64,000 nt of DNA. Origin: an uncultured Candidatus Pelagibacter sp. (GTDB lineage Bacteria > Pseudomonadota > Alphaproteobacteria > Pelagibacterales > Pelagibacteraceae). This document shows positions 46,335 to 55,200 of the stretch, piece after piece. A model generated the notes under the pieces. It was not told the origin of the DNA. It did no database searches and worked only from the letters and a program-made list of their open reading frames with translations. Both the position numbers and the translations under genes were made by a program. The stretch lies in the NCBI GenBank assembly GCA_905612495.1, contig CAJQSF010000012.1, forward strand, positions 13,147 to 77,146, read 5' to 3'. The stretch's first letter is position 1, and each line of letters begins with the position of its first letter.

Positions 46335-47327
46335 ATGAAAAAACTTTTAGGGATCGTGGTTCTGAGTTTGTTACTGAGTAGTAATGTTTATTCTAAAACA
46401 ATAGTGGTTAAAGCTAATCCAGAAAAAGGTTTTAATTTTCCTTATTTGTTAAAAACTTCAAAAAAAACTTCAGATGCAAAATATTTAATTGTTGAGTCAA
46501 ATAACACTGGTAACGGTAAATCAATAAAAGATATGACTAGTAAAGCTAAAAAGTCTCTAGGTTGGGTTTTGGGTTCTGATATTGCAAAAAAATTAAATTT
46601 TCCTTTATTAATGCCTGTTTTTCCATTCGCTACTAAAGAAATTGAAAAAGATCTACCCAATTTAAAATGGCATTATTATTTTCCACAATTAGATAGCGAC
46701 ACTATAAAAATAAATAATAATAAATACAAAAGAATTGATTTGCAGTTAATTGCCATGATTGACGATGCAAGAGAAAGATTGTTGAAAGAAAATAATCAAA
46801 GTATAAATGAAAAGGTTATTTTTACTGGTTTTTCATCATCCTCTTTATTTGCAGCAAGATTTACTTTTTTAAATCCAGACAGAGTATCAGTTGCAGTTGG
46901 TGGAGGAATAGGAGGTTTGCTACCTGTTCCAGCTGATAAAATTGATGGAATTGAAACTATATACCCTATTGGAACGTATGATTTTGTAAAAATTACTGGA
47001 AAAAAATTTAATCTAGAAGAATACAAAAATACACCTCAATTTTACTGGCAAGGAACAAAAGATAAATCAAATCCATTTAGGAAAGGTGCTGAAGATTTAA
47101 CAGATAAAGAGTTTGGAATAGTAAAAAAACTTTTTGTAGATGGGCTACCTTTTGCATCAAGTCCTGTTTCTTTAGAAGTTAATACTGTGATGTGGAAAAA
47201 TTCTCAAAAATATATAAATCAAATTGTAGATAATGTTAAATTTGAAAGCCCAAAAAACTTAGGACATCAAATAGATAATAAAATGCTTCTTAAAAGTGCA
47301 AAATTCATAAAAGAAAACTTAAATTAG
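46335..47327 (+). CDS. Exported alpha/beta-hydrolase-like protein (cassette 2, gene 3)
   Basis: MKKLLGIVVLSLLLSSNVYS signal peptide; FTGFSSSS nucleophile-elbow-like motif, GTKD, C-terminal GH. Confidence 0.6.
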   Translation: MKKLLGIVVLSLLLSSNVYSKTIVVKANPEKGFNFPYLLKTSKKTSDAKYLIVESNNTGNGKSIKDMTSKAKKSLGWVLGSDIAKKLNFPLLMPVFPFATKEIEKDLPNLKWHYYFPQLDSDTIKINNNKYKRIDLQLIAMIDDARERLLKENNQSINEKVIFTGFSSSSLFAARFTFLNPDRVSVAVGGGIGGLLPVPADKIDGIETIYPIGTYDFVKITGKKFNLEEYKNTPQFYWQGTKDKSNPFRKGAEDLTDKEFGIVKKLFVDGLPFASSPVSLEVNTVMWKNSQKYINQIVDNVKFESPKNLGHQIDNKMLLKSAKFIKENLN

Positions 47328-47339
47328 GATTAATTTATA

Positions 47340-47555
47340 AATTGTGCCACTAGTGTGCCAAAGGTCTACTTAAGGAATAATCATCATCATATATAAAGAT
47401 AAGTAGGTGAGTATGAAGGGGCGTTCTGTTACCCGGTGCCCTGGACCGTGCTTCTATAAACCTAATTTTGTAACAAAGTTGCTACAACTTAACCTAGAAA
47501 CTATATAAAGTTCTATACAGATTGTATGTTGATTTTGTGCTAAGTTTTTTAATTC
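47340..47555 (+). repeat. Junction repeat R3
   Basis: Core at 47418-47455 with 2 mismatches to R1; left arm begins AATTGTGCCACTAGTGTGCCA. Confidence 0.95.
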
Positions 47556-48173
47556 ATGAAAAATGTTTTAGGAATTATATTTTTTATCTTATTTTGCAAC
47601 CTTGCATCTGCAGCAGACAAATATGAAGGTGCAGGTGAATTAAAACTCGGTGATCCTGATATTAATGTATTTATGGATTACATAAAACCTCCTGCTGGTC
47701 AAGTACCAATGATATTTTTAGTATTGTCAGAAAATGGTAAAGCTATCTGGTCAACTTACTGGTATTGTCCTGAAGGTAACTGTCAAACATTAAACAAAAA
47801 CCGAGCATCTATTATGTGCACTCAAGATGCAGAGAAATTTTATGAGAGAACGATTACTGAAGAATGCAAAATTTTTGCAAGAAGAAGAACTATCGTTTGG
47901 AAAAATGGAATAAATACTGGAAAAGGTAAAGTTTCTAGAGTTAAAAGTAGATGGAAAAAAAATGAGGTTATGGCGAAATTAGAAGAACTTGGTTTTCTAG
48001 GTAACAGCACATCATCAATCGATACTACTAAACCTAAAATTACTGAGAAGAAAAAAGAAAATAAGAAATCAGATGATATTGCTAGCCAAATAAATAGTCT
48101 AAAAAAGTTGTTAGATGATGGTGTTATTTCAAAAGAAGAATTTAAGAAAGCTAAAAAAAAAATATTAAATTAG
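47556..48173 (+). CDS. Exported Cys-containing hypothetical protein with SHOCT-like tail (cassette 3, gene 1)
   Basis: MKNVLGIIFF..ASA signal peptide; ECKIFARRRTIVWK; ends LKKLLDDGVISKEEFKKAKKKILN. Confidence 0.85.
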   Translation: MKNVLGIIFFILFCNLASAADKYEGAGELKLGDPDINVFMDYIKPPAGQVPMIFLVLSENGKAIWSTYWYCPEGNCQTLNKNRASIMCTQDAEKFYERTITEECKIFARRRTIVWKNGINTGKGKVSRVKSRWKKNEVMAKLEELGFLGNSTSSIDTTKPKITEKKKENKKSDDIASQINSLKKLLDDGVISKEEFKKAKKKILN

Positions 48174-48174
48174 T

Positions 48175-49116
48175 TTGAAAAAAATTTTAATAATAATATT
48201 ATTTAGTTCCTTGATTTCCACAATCGTAAATTCAGATATTAAACAAAGATATTCAATAGGAGAAAAAATTACTAATGAGGTTATTTTAGATAATAAAATA
48301 AGTATTGATTTGAGTGATGGCGTATGGGAAGTTGTTGAAAGAACAGGATGGAGATGGGGCAACTATACAGGAGAATATATTTTTATAATCAAAGCTAATG
48401 AAAAGGAAATTGTCGAAAGTATATCGCTTAGTTTTTTAAATACAGGTGGCAAGAGAATAGCAGATGTAAATTCATGGTTATATGAAGTTGTATTTGTAAA
48501 TAAACACGACGGATGTTACAAAAGACCTGAGTATTACAAGTTAGAATTGTTTCACAAAGGAGCAACAATAAATTGCATGATAATATCTCACACAGATATC
48601 AATAAAGAGATTTATAATCCAGATGATAAAGAGTTTGCTTATCTAAATGAAAAAATAGTTAGTTGGATTCATGAAAATTCAATAGAGTTACCTAAGATTA
48701 TGCTTACATCTGAGCATATTTTTTTTTCAAGGTCGGCATCTTCAAAGTTTTATGGTTATTCACACTCTATAAACCCTAAATTTTTTGAAGGTCCAAAAAC
48801 AAAATTTATAACAGAAGATACAAGTGAATATCATCCATTTAATATAGACAAATATCCTATACATGAAAAATTTATGAATAACTTTATGTCATCACAGTCA
48901 TTAATACATGTAAGTTTAGAAGAAAATATAGGAATTAAAGATTATCAAAAACTTGAATTGTCAAAATATATAAACAAAAAAACTGAAACTAAAAAATCTA
49001 ATGGTACAGATAAAGGTGATATTGTTAGTCAGATAAAAGACTTAAAAGAGTTATTAGATACTGGTGTAATAACACAAGATGAATTTGTTAAGGCAAAGAA
49101 GAAAATTTTAAATTAA
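48175..49116 (+). CDS. Exported hypothetical protein with SHOCT-like tail (cassette 3, gene 2)
   Basis: TTG start, MKKILIIILFSS signal peptide; ends LKELLDTGVITQDEFVKAKKKILN. Confidence 0.85.
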   Translation: MKKILIIILFSSLISTIVNSDIKQRYSIGEKITNEVILDNKISIDLSDGVWEVVERTGWRWGNYTGEYIFIIKANEKEIVESISLSFLNTGGKRIADVNSWLYEVVFVNKHDGCYKRPEYYKLELFHKGATINCMIISHTDINKEIYNPDDKEFAYLNEKIVSWIHENSIELPKIMLTSEHIFFSRSASSKFYGYSHSINPKFFEGPKTKFITEDTSEYHPFNIDKYPIHEKFMNNFMSSQSLIHVSLEENIGIKDYQKLELSKYINKKTETKKSNGTDKGDIVSQIKDLKELLDTGVITQDEFVKAKKKILN

Positions 49117-49310
49117 AAATTTTGAGCTATGTGCGAACAAATGTAACTCAAAGAATAATCAACATTATAAATAAAGAGAAGTAGAAGAGTGTGTAGGGGC
49201 GTTCTGTTACCCGGTGCCCCAGACCGTGCTTCTGTAATCCTAATTTTGTAACAAAGTTGCTTTCGCAAATAGCAGAAGTTTGGGCTGAATTACGGATTGA
49301 TTGTGGATCA
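49117..49310 (+). repeat. Junction repeat R4
   Basis: Core at 49196-49233 identical to R1; right arm shares GCAAATAGCAGAAGTTT with R1. Confidence 0.95.
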
Positions 49311-49362
49311 ACTATCTTATTATAAACTTGATAACCAGCTATTAAAAATGTATCTATAAATT

Positions 49363-49728
49363 ATGTTAAAGACTTTCATCGCAATACTTTCTTTAGCTGC
49401 ACTTGTTTCTTGTGCTTCTATTGTTAATGATCCAACTGTGCCTGTTACACTATCTTTTAGTGATGGTAGCAGCGGAAACTGTAAGTTAACTAATAAACGT
49501 GCAGCTTATAACGTTGAAGTTCCAGGTACAAATATGATCAGAAGATCAGACGATCCATTAAGATATGATTGCGTAACAAATTCTGGCAAAAAAGGATATG
49601 GAAGCATACCAAGCGAAATAGAAGGCGCAAAATTAGCTGGAAGCGTTCTAATAGACTTTGGAATCACCGACTCAATTACGGACAAACATAGAACCTATAC
49701 TCCTAACTTTGTAGTACCTATAAAATAA
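49363..49728 (+). CDS. Small hypothetical lipoprotein (cassette 4)
   Basis: MLKTFIAILSLAALVS-C lipobox-like signal. Confidence 0.8.
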   Translation: MLKTFIAILSLAALVSCASIVNDPTVPVTLSFSDGSSGNCKLTNKRAAYNVEVPGTNMIRRSDDPLRYDCVTNSGKKGYGSIPSEIEGAKLAGSVLIDFGITDSITDKHRTYTPNFVVPIK

Positions 49729-49833
49729 AATTAGGGCTGTGCTACGTATAAAAGCAATTTAAACACCAATCAGCATTATAAATAAAGAAAAGTAGGAGAG
49801 TTGTAAGGGGCGTTCTGTTACCCGGTACCCCAG
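49729..49833 (+). repeat. Junction repeat R5 (left arm plus truncated core; right boundary)
   Basis: AAACACCAATCAGCATTATAAATAAAG arm, then 27 bp of core (49807-49833, 1 mismatch), then unrelated sequence. Confidence 0.92.
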
Positions 49834-49849
49834 CTTTCTAATTAATCTT

Positions 49850-50110
49850 TTATTTGATAGTTTTGAATAGTCTTTCACCCAAAGGACTGACTGGGTCTTG
49901 AGGTGTAGGTTCAATATTAGTTTTTTCTTCAACAATACTTAATAGCTTTTTAGCAAGTCCTTTACGCCTGAAGATTGGATTAACGAAAATATACTCAACT
50001 TCAGCCTGTTTATTATATCTAACAAAACCAAGTGTAGTATTAATATTTTTAAATGTAACAACACCGTCACTAAACGAAATATCATAGTTTGTGCTATTTA
50101 ATTCATTCAT
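49850..50110 (-). CDS. Small GNAT-family acetyltransferase-like protein
   Basis: IFVNPIFRRKGLAKKLL acetyl-CoA-binding motif A. Confidence 0.75.
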   Translation of the reverse strand: MNELNSTNYDISFSDGVVTFKNINTTLGFVRYNKQAEVEYIFVNPIFRRKGLAKKLLSIVEEKTNIEPTPQDPVSPLGERLFKTIK

Positions 50111-50850
50111 TAGTTATTTCCATCTTTCTTAAGTTTTTTTTCTAATTTCCTTACGAAGAAAGAAACAATTAATATTAAAATTAAATATTCTAGAATTAAG
50201 AACGTATAAATTTCAAGAGGTCTATATGTTGAAACAACTAGTTCATTAGCCTTTCTAGTTAGATCTGCAATTCCAATTATTGATACCAATGAAGACATTT
50301 TCAAAACATAAACAAACTGATTACCGAGTGCAGGTAAAATATTTTTTATTGCCTGTGGAAGTATTACCAATCTTAATCTTTTATAAAAAGTTAGACCCAA
50401 TGATGAGCCAGCCTCCCATTGTGATTTTTTAATTGAATTAATTCCTGCTCTAAAAATTTCAGCTTGAAAGGCACTTTCGCTAATTGCTAATGCAATAATA
50501 CCTGAAACAAATGGACTAAAGCTTAATCCTGTCATTATAGGAAGACCGTAGTAAACCCACAAAATTAAAACTAGCAATGGTATAGCTCTTACAATTTCAA
50601 CGTATCCAATATTTATGTAAGTTAAAAACTTATTCTTAGCTAAAGAAGGTATTGCAACTACAAATCCCAAAAACATTGATATTATAATTGAAATTACTGA
50701 AATATAGATTGTCAAACCCATCCCACTTAAAAGAAATTTTAAGTTAGTTAAACCATTAACCTTGTTTGGAGAAAGTATATACCAGGCCCACTCATGTTCT
50801 GTGCCACATGATGTTAATATTAAGGGTAATAGTAAAATTAGTTTTTTCAC
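50110..50850 (-). CDS. Polar amino acid ABC transporter permease
   Basis: YVEIVRAIPLLV, AEIFRAGI, QWEAGSSLG (EAA loop), ILPQA. Confidence 0.95.
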   Translation of the reverse strand: MKKLILLLPLILTSCGTEHEWAWYILSPNKVNGLTNLKFLLSGMGLTIYISVISIIISMFLGFVVAIPSLAKNKFLTYINIGYVEIVRAIPLLVLILWVYYGLPIMTGLSFSPFVSGIIALAISESAFQAEIFRAGINSIKKSQWEAGSSLGLTFYKRLRLVILPQAIKNILPALGNQFVYVLKMSSLVSIIGIADLTRKANELVVSTYRPLEIYTFLILEYLILILIVSFFVRKLEKKLKKDGNN

Positions 50851-50887
50851 TAATTAAATTATACCCTTAAATATCTAAATTGAAATT

Positions 50888-51664
50888 TTATAAGCTTTTT
50901 AAGTTGTACTTTTTAAGTAAGTTTTCAAAGAAGCCTGAAGCTTTTTTTACTTCAATCCACTGATTAACATAGTTAATCCAAACTTGATCTTTTTGATCAA
51001 CCATCATAGCTAATACAGCTGGATTTTTACCACCATCTTGTACAATCGCTAATTGAGGGTATTTAATAACAAGCTTGTTTGCTTCTGTTGAACTTGTGAT
51101 GTGACCATCAGCTCTTCCAGATAAAACTTCTTGAAAATCTCTAGCAGGAGACTCAATTGATTTTAATTTTGATTTTGGAAAAAATTCTTTTGCTTTCGCT
51201 TCTTGAGAAGTTCCAAGAGTAGTTGCAATTGTAACTTTTTCACTATTTAAAGATTCCCATGTTGGAAATTTTTTAAGGTTCTTCTTTAATACCAATGGAA
51301 CTGTTCCATATTTGTAATAAGAATTTGTAAATCCAGCAACTAAAGCTCTTTTTGCTGTTTTAGTAACACTTGTTGAAACGTCATATCTTCCAGAAGTTAT
51401 ACCTGAAACTATTGTTTTCCATTCTGTAGGTATGAAAGTAACTTTAACTCCCATATCTTTTGCTAATTCTTGCATTACATCAATATCAAAACCAACATAT
51501 TTGTTTGTAGCTGGATCCTTCATACTCATTGGATCCCAGTCACCTGTTGTTCCAACTTTTAACTCACCAGAAGATAAGATCTGATTAAGTTGAGATTCTG
51601 CATTAAGAGATAAGGGTAAAAGTGCTAATAGCACCACTAAAAGTATTTTTTTCATACTCTTCAT
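50888..51664 (-). CDS. Family-3 periplasmic solute-binding protein (cyclohexadienyl dehydratase-like clade)
   Basis: Signal peptide; [19 protein letters not shown]; start may be 51655. Confidence 0.88.
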   Translation of the reverse strand: MKSMKKILLVVLLALLPLSLNAESQLNQILSSGELKVGTTGDWDPMSMKDPATNKYVGFDIDVMQELAKDMGVKVTFIPTEWKTIVSGITSGRYDVSTSVTKTAKRALVAGFTNSYYKYGTVPLVLKKNLKKFPTWESLNSEKVTIATTLGTSQEAKAKEFFPKSKLKSIESPARDFQEVLSGRADGHITSSTEANKLVIKYPQLAIVQDGGKNPAVLAMMVDQKDQVWINYVNQWIEVKKASGFFENLLKKYNLKSL

Positions 51665-51691
51665 ATACCAAAAATTTAAGAAAAATTAAGT

Positions 51692-52255
51692 CTATAACCT
51701 TGACGCACTATCATTTAGCCATGAGTGTAAATGCTTAGAAAAAGAGCGTCTAACGAATAAGTTTACGTTATTTATTTCCGTAAGATGTATAATTACATCA
51801 ATATGAGACAGTATAGTTTGAGTAACTGATCCTTTTTTATTCTTAAATTCATTAAAATTAAATGGTGATCCTGTTGCAAATAAATCAAAAACTTTATTTC
51901 CTTTTATATTAATCATTACGAATTGATCACTGACATCTGTAATCGCACCCAATTTAGTTTTTGAGATATTTTTAATCAAATTATCTTCAACTTCGTAAGT
52001 ATTAGTTTCTTCACTTATAGTTTTATTTGAAATTAACATCCATTCATCTGGACTTAACCATAAAGCTGTTAAAGCTTCACCAGCTGTAGATGTGTTAGCT
52101 TCAATTGGTAAGATCATATTTAAATTTTTTCCAATAGCGGTAATAAAATCTTTTGTTTTGCCTCTTATAATTAATTTCATAATAGGCTTGATCTCTTTTA
52201 TCTCTAAATCTGAGTATATTTTATCTTGTTTGATGGATGTGTTGTAATTAAGCAT
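51692..52255 (-). CDS. soxG: Sarcosine oxidase-like gamma subunit
   Basis: LWLSPDEW, TDVSD, VRRSF; operon position. Confidence 0.9.
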   Translation of the reverse strand: MLNYNTSIKQDKIYSDLEIKEIKPIMKLIIRGKTKDFITAIGKNLNMILPIEANTSTAGEALTALWLSPDEWMLISNKTISEETNTYEVEDNLIKNISKTKLGAITDVSDQFVMINIKGNKVFDLFATGSPFNFNEFKNKKGSVTQTILSHIDVIIHLTEINNVNLFVRRSFSKHLHSWLNDSASRL

Positions 52256-55200
52256 TTAACCTCACATTTTCTTTGTCAAAAAAAACTGGATCAACAATGG
52301 TTACGTTAATATTCTTATTTTCCATTGCAATAATTAATTTTTGACCCATCATATTTTTTCCCCCTCTAACAACAGCAAGTGCAATAGATTTGTTTAAGTT
52401 TGGGCTGTAATAACTTGATGTAACATGACCGAGCATTTCAACTGGTGTTGCATTAGTATTAGCAACTATCTGCGCACCTTCTTCTAAAACTTCACTTGGA
52501 TTATCGGTTATTAAACCAACCAGCTGCTTACGGTCTTCCTTCATCGTATCTGATCTATAAAGTGATCGTTTTCCAATAAAATCATATTTCTTTTTGCTTA
52601 CAATCCAGTCCATCTGTAAGTCAATTGGTGTCATTGTTCCATCTGTGTCTTGACCAACAATAATAAATCCTTTTTCAGCTCTTAATAGGTGCATTGTTTC
52701 AGTTCCATAGGGAGTAATTTTAAATTCTTCTCCAGCTTCCATACACATTTCCCAAAGAGATTTACCAAAATTTGCTTGAACATTAATTTCATAAGTATGC
52801 TCACCTGTGAAACTAATTCTCATCACTCTACATTTTATATTGTCAATCTTTGCATTTTTAAATGACATATGAGGAAAGTTTTCATCAGATAAATCTAAAT
52901 CTGGAATTATTTTATTTAATATTTTTTTGCTGTTAGGACCGCAAACACTTGCCGTTGCATAATGATCTGTAACTGATGATAAATAAACATCTAACTCTGG
53001 CCATTCAGTTTGAAGGTAATCTTCAAGCTTACTTAATACATTTGCAGCACCACCAGTAGTCGTTGTCATAATATAGTGATTTTCGTCAAGACGCGTTGTT
53101 ACACCATCATCATAAACCATACCATCTTCATTAAGCATCAAACCATATCTACATTTACCAATAGCAAGTTTCGACCAAGCATTAGTGTAAACTCTATTTA
53201 AAAATTCTGAAGCATCAGTTCCTTGAATGTCAATTTTACCAAGTGTTGAAGCATCTAAAATACCAGCACCATCTCTTGCTGCTTTACTTTCTCTTTGAAC
53301 AGCATCATGCATTGTCTCATCATTTTTTGGGTAGTACCAAGCTCTTTTCCACTGTCCAACATTTTCAAATTCAGCTTTATTTTCAATATGCCAGTCATTC
53401 ATAGGTGTTCTTCTAAATGCATCAAAATATTCACCTACATTTCGACCAACCATTGTACCAAAGGTTAGTGGTGTGTAGGGGGGTCTAAAGGTAGTTGTGC
53501 CAAGTTCTCCAACTTTAATACCAGTTGTATCAGCAATAATTCCAAGTGCATGCATATTACCAAGTTTACCCTGGTCTGTACCCATACCAGTTGTTGTATA
53601 ACGCTTAACATGCTCGATAGATCTAAAACCTTCTCTTAGTGCAAGTTTAATATCATTAGCTGTGGCATCATTCTGATAATCAACAAATGGTTTTGTTTTA
53701 CCAATAACTTCATCCGATGGGAGTAACCAAATATTTCTTACTATTTTATCTTTAGGGCATTTCGTATCTAAATTATCAAAATCAGTTTGATTGATATTTA
53801 AAAATTCCCTTAAACTTTTTGAAGTATTTTTTATAATTTCATCTAATTCAAAGTCCCCATTACATGAACCAATACTTATTTGATCTGAAGGGTATTTATT
53901 AGGAATGAACACTTGATCTTGATCTCTAAATTTTAATTTGCCACCTGATTGAGTGAATAGATGAACAGCGGGAGTCCATCCACCAGCCATTCCCAAGCAA
54001 TCACAATCAAGTATAGTTTTATTCGAGTTAGTAAAAGATTGACCATCTTTAGATAATTCCATAATCGAGATTTTATTCAGCTTTTTATAACCATGTGTGT
54101 CAACAACTGTGTGATTTTTATAAATCTTTATGCCTAAATTTTCAGCTTCTTTAGTAAATTCTGAATTAGAGTTTTCTCTAATATCAACTATTGCTTCAAC
54201 CTTGATGCCCTTATTACTCAAAGAAATTGCACTTTCATAAGCTGTATCATTATTAGTGAAGAAAATATTTTTCTGACCCGTAGCAACACCATAATAATCT
54301 GCATATTTTTTAATAGCAGAAGATAACATGATACCTGGTCTATCATTGTTATTGAATACCATTGGTCTTTCTAATGAGCCAGTTGCAACAATAACTTTTT
54401 TAGCTCTGATTTTTAACAATCTTTGTCTAACTTTATTTTTTGCATCATCTTTTGATAAATGATCTGTTAAATTTTCTCTTGCTAGTAAATAATTGTAACC
54501 ATGATAAGCGGCAACACTTGTTCTTGTTTTAATTTCTAAATTATCTAATTTTTCTAATTCAGTTATTTCATTTTCTAACCAAGTAGATGTGCTTTGATCA
54601 TTTATCTTTATAAAATCTGAATTTTGATAAATTGTAGAGCCCCCAAGTTCAGTTTTTTCATCAAGTAATAAAGTTTTTAAATTATTTTTAGCAGCTGTTT
54701 TTGCTGCCATAATTCCTGTAATACCAGCACCTATCACAAGCACATCACAGTGAATGTATCTGTGATCATAGATATCTGGATCTGGCTCTGTTGGAGATTT
54801 TCCAAGGCCTGCAGAATGTCTAATGACATACTCATATTTTTCCCAGAAACTTGCTGGCCACATAAATGTTTTATAATAAAATCCTGCTGGTAAAAGAGGG
54901 GATAGAAAGTTATTTATTCCCCCAATATCAAAATCTACATTAGGCCAACAGTTTTGACTGGAAGCCTCCAAACCATCATAGATCTCAATTTCCGTTGCTC
55001 TAACATTTGGTTCCGTGAAAGCTGAATTATCGTTTGTTTGAACTATTGCATTAGGTTCTTCTGAGCCAGCTGTCATTATTCCTCTTGGTCTGTGGTATTT
55101 AAAGCTTCTTCCAACTAAATGAACATCATTTGATAACAGAGCAGAGGCTAAGGTATCACCTTTAAAACCATAATAAGTTTTACCATTAAATTTAAATGAA

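Larger units (their letters stand above)
42798..49833 (+). mobile_element. Tandem array of four att-flanked, integrase-less gene cassettes (genomic islet)
   Basis: Five direct core copies starting at 42798, 43969, 47418, 49196 and 49807 separate co-oriented hypothetical exported-protein genes; each terminal copy has only the inward-facing arm. Confidence 0.75.

Noticed and set aside
42798-49833. CRISPR array interpretation of the 38-bp direct repeats
   Set aside because: Intervening segments are 0.6-3.4 kb, contain intact genes and conserved arms; no cas genes in the window
42798-49833. Canonical integron, prophage, IS or DGR
   Set aside because: No intI/integrase, transposase, reverse transcriptase or phage structural genes; no clear RYYYAAC...GTTRRRY attC ends recognised
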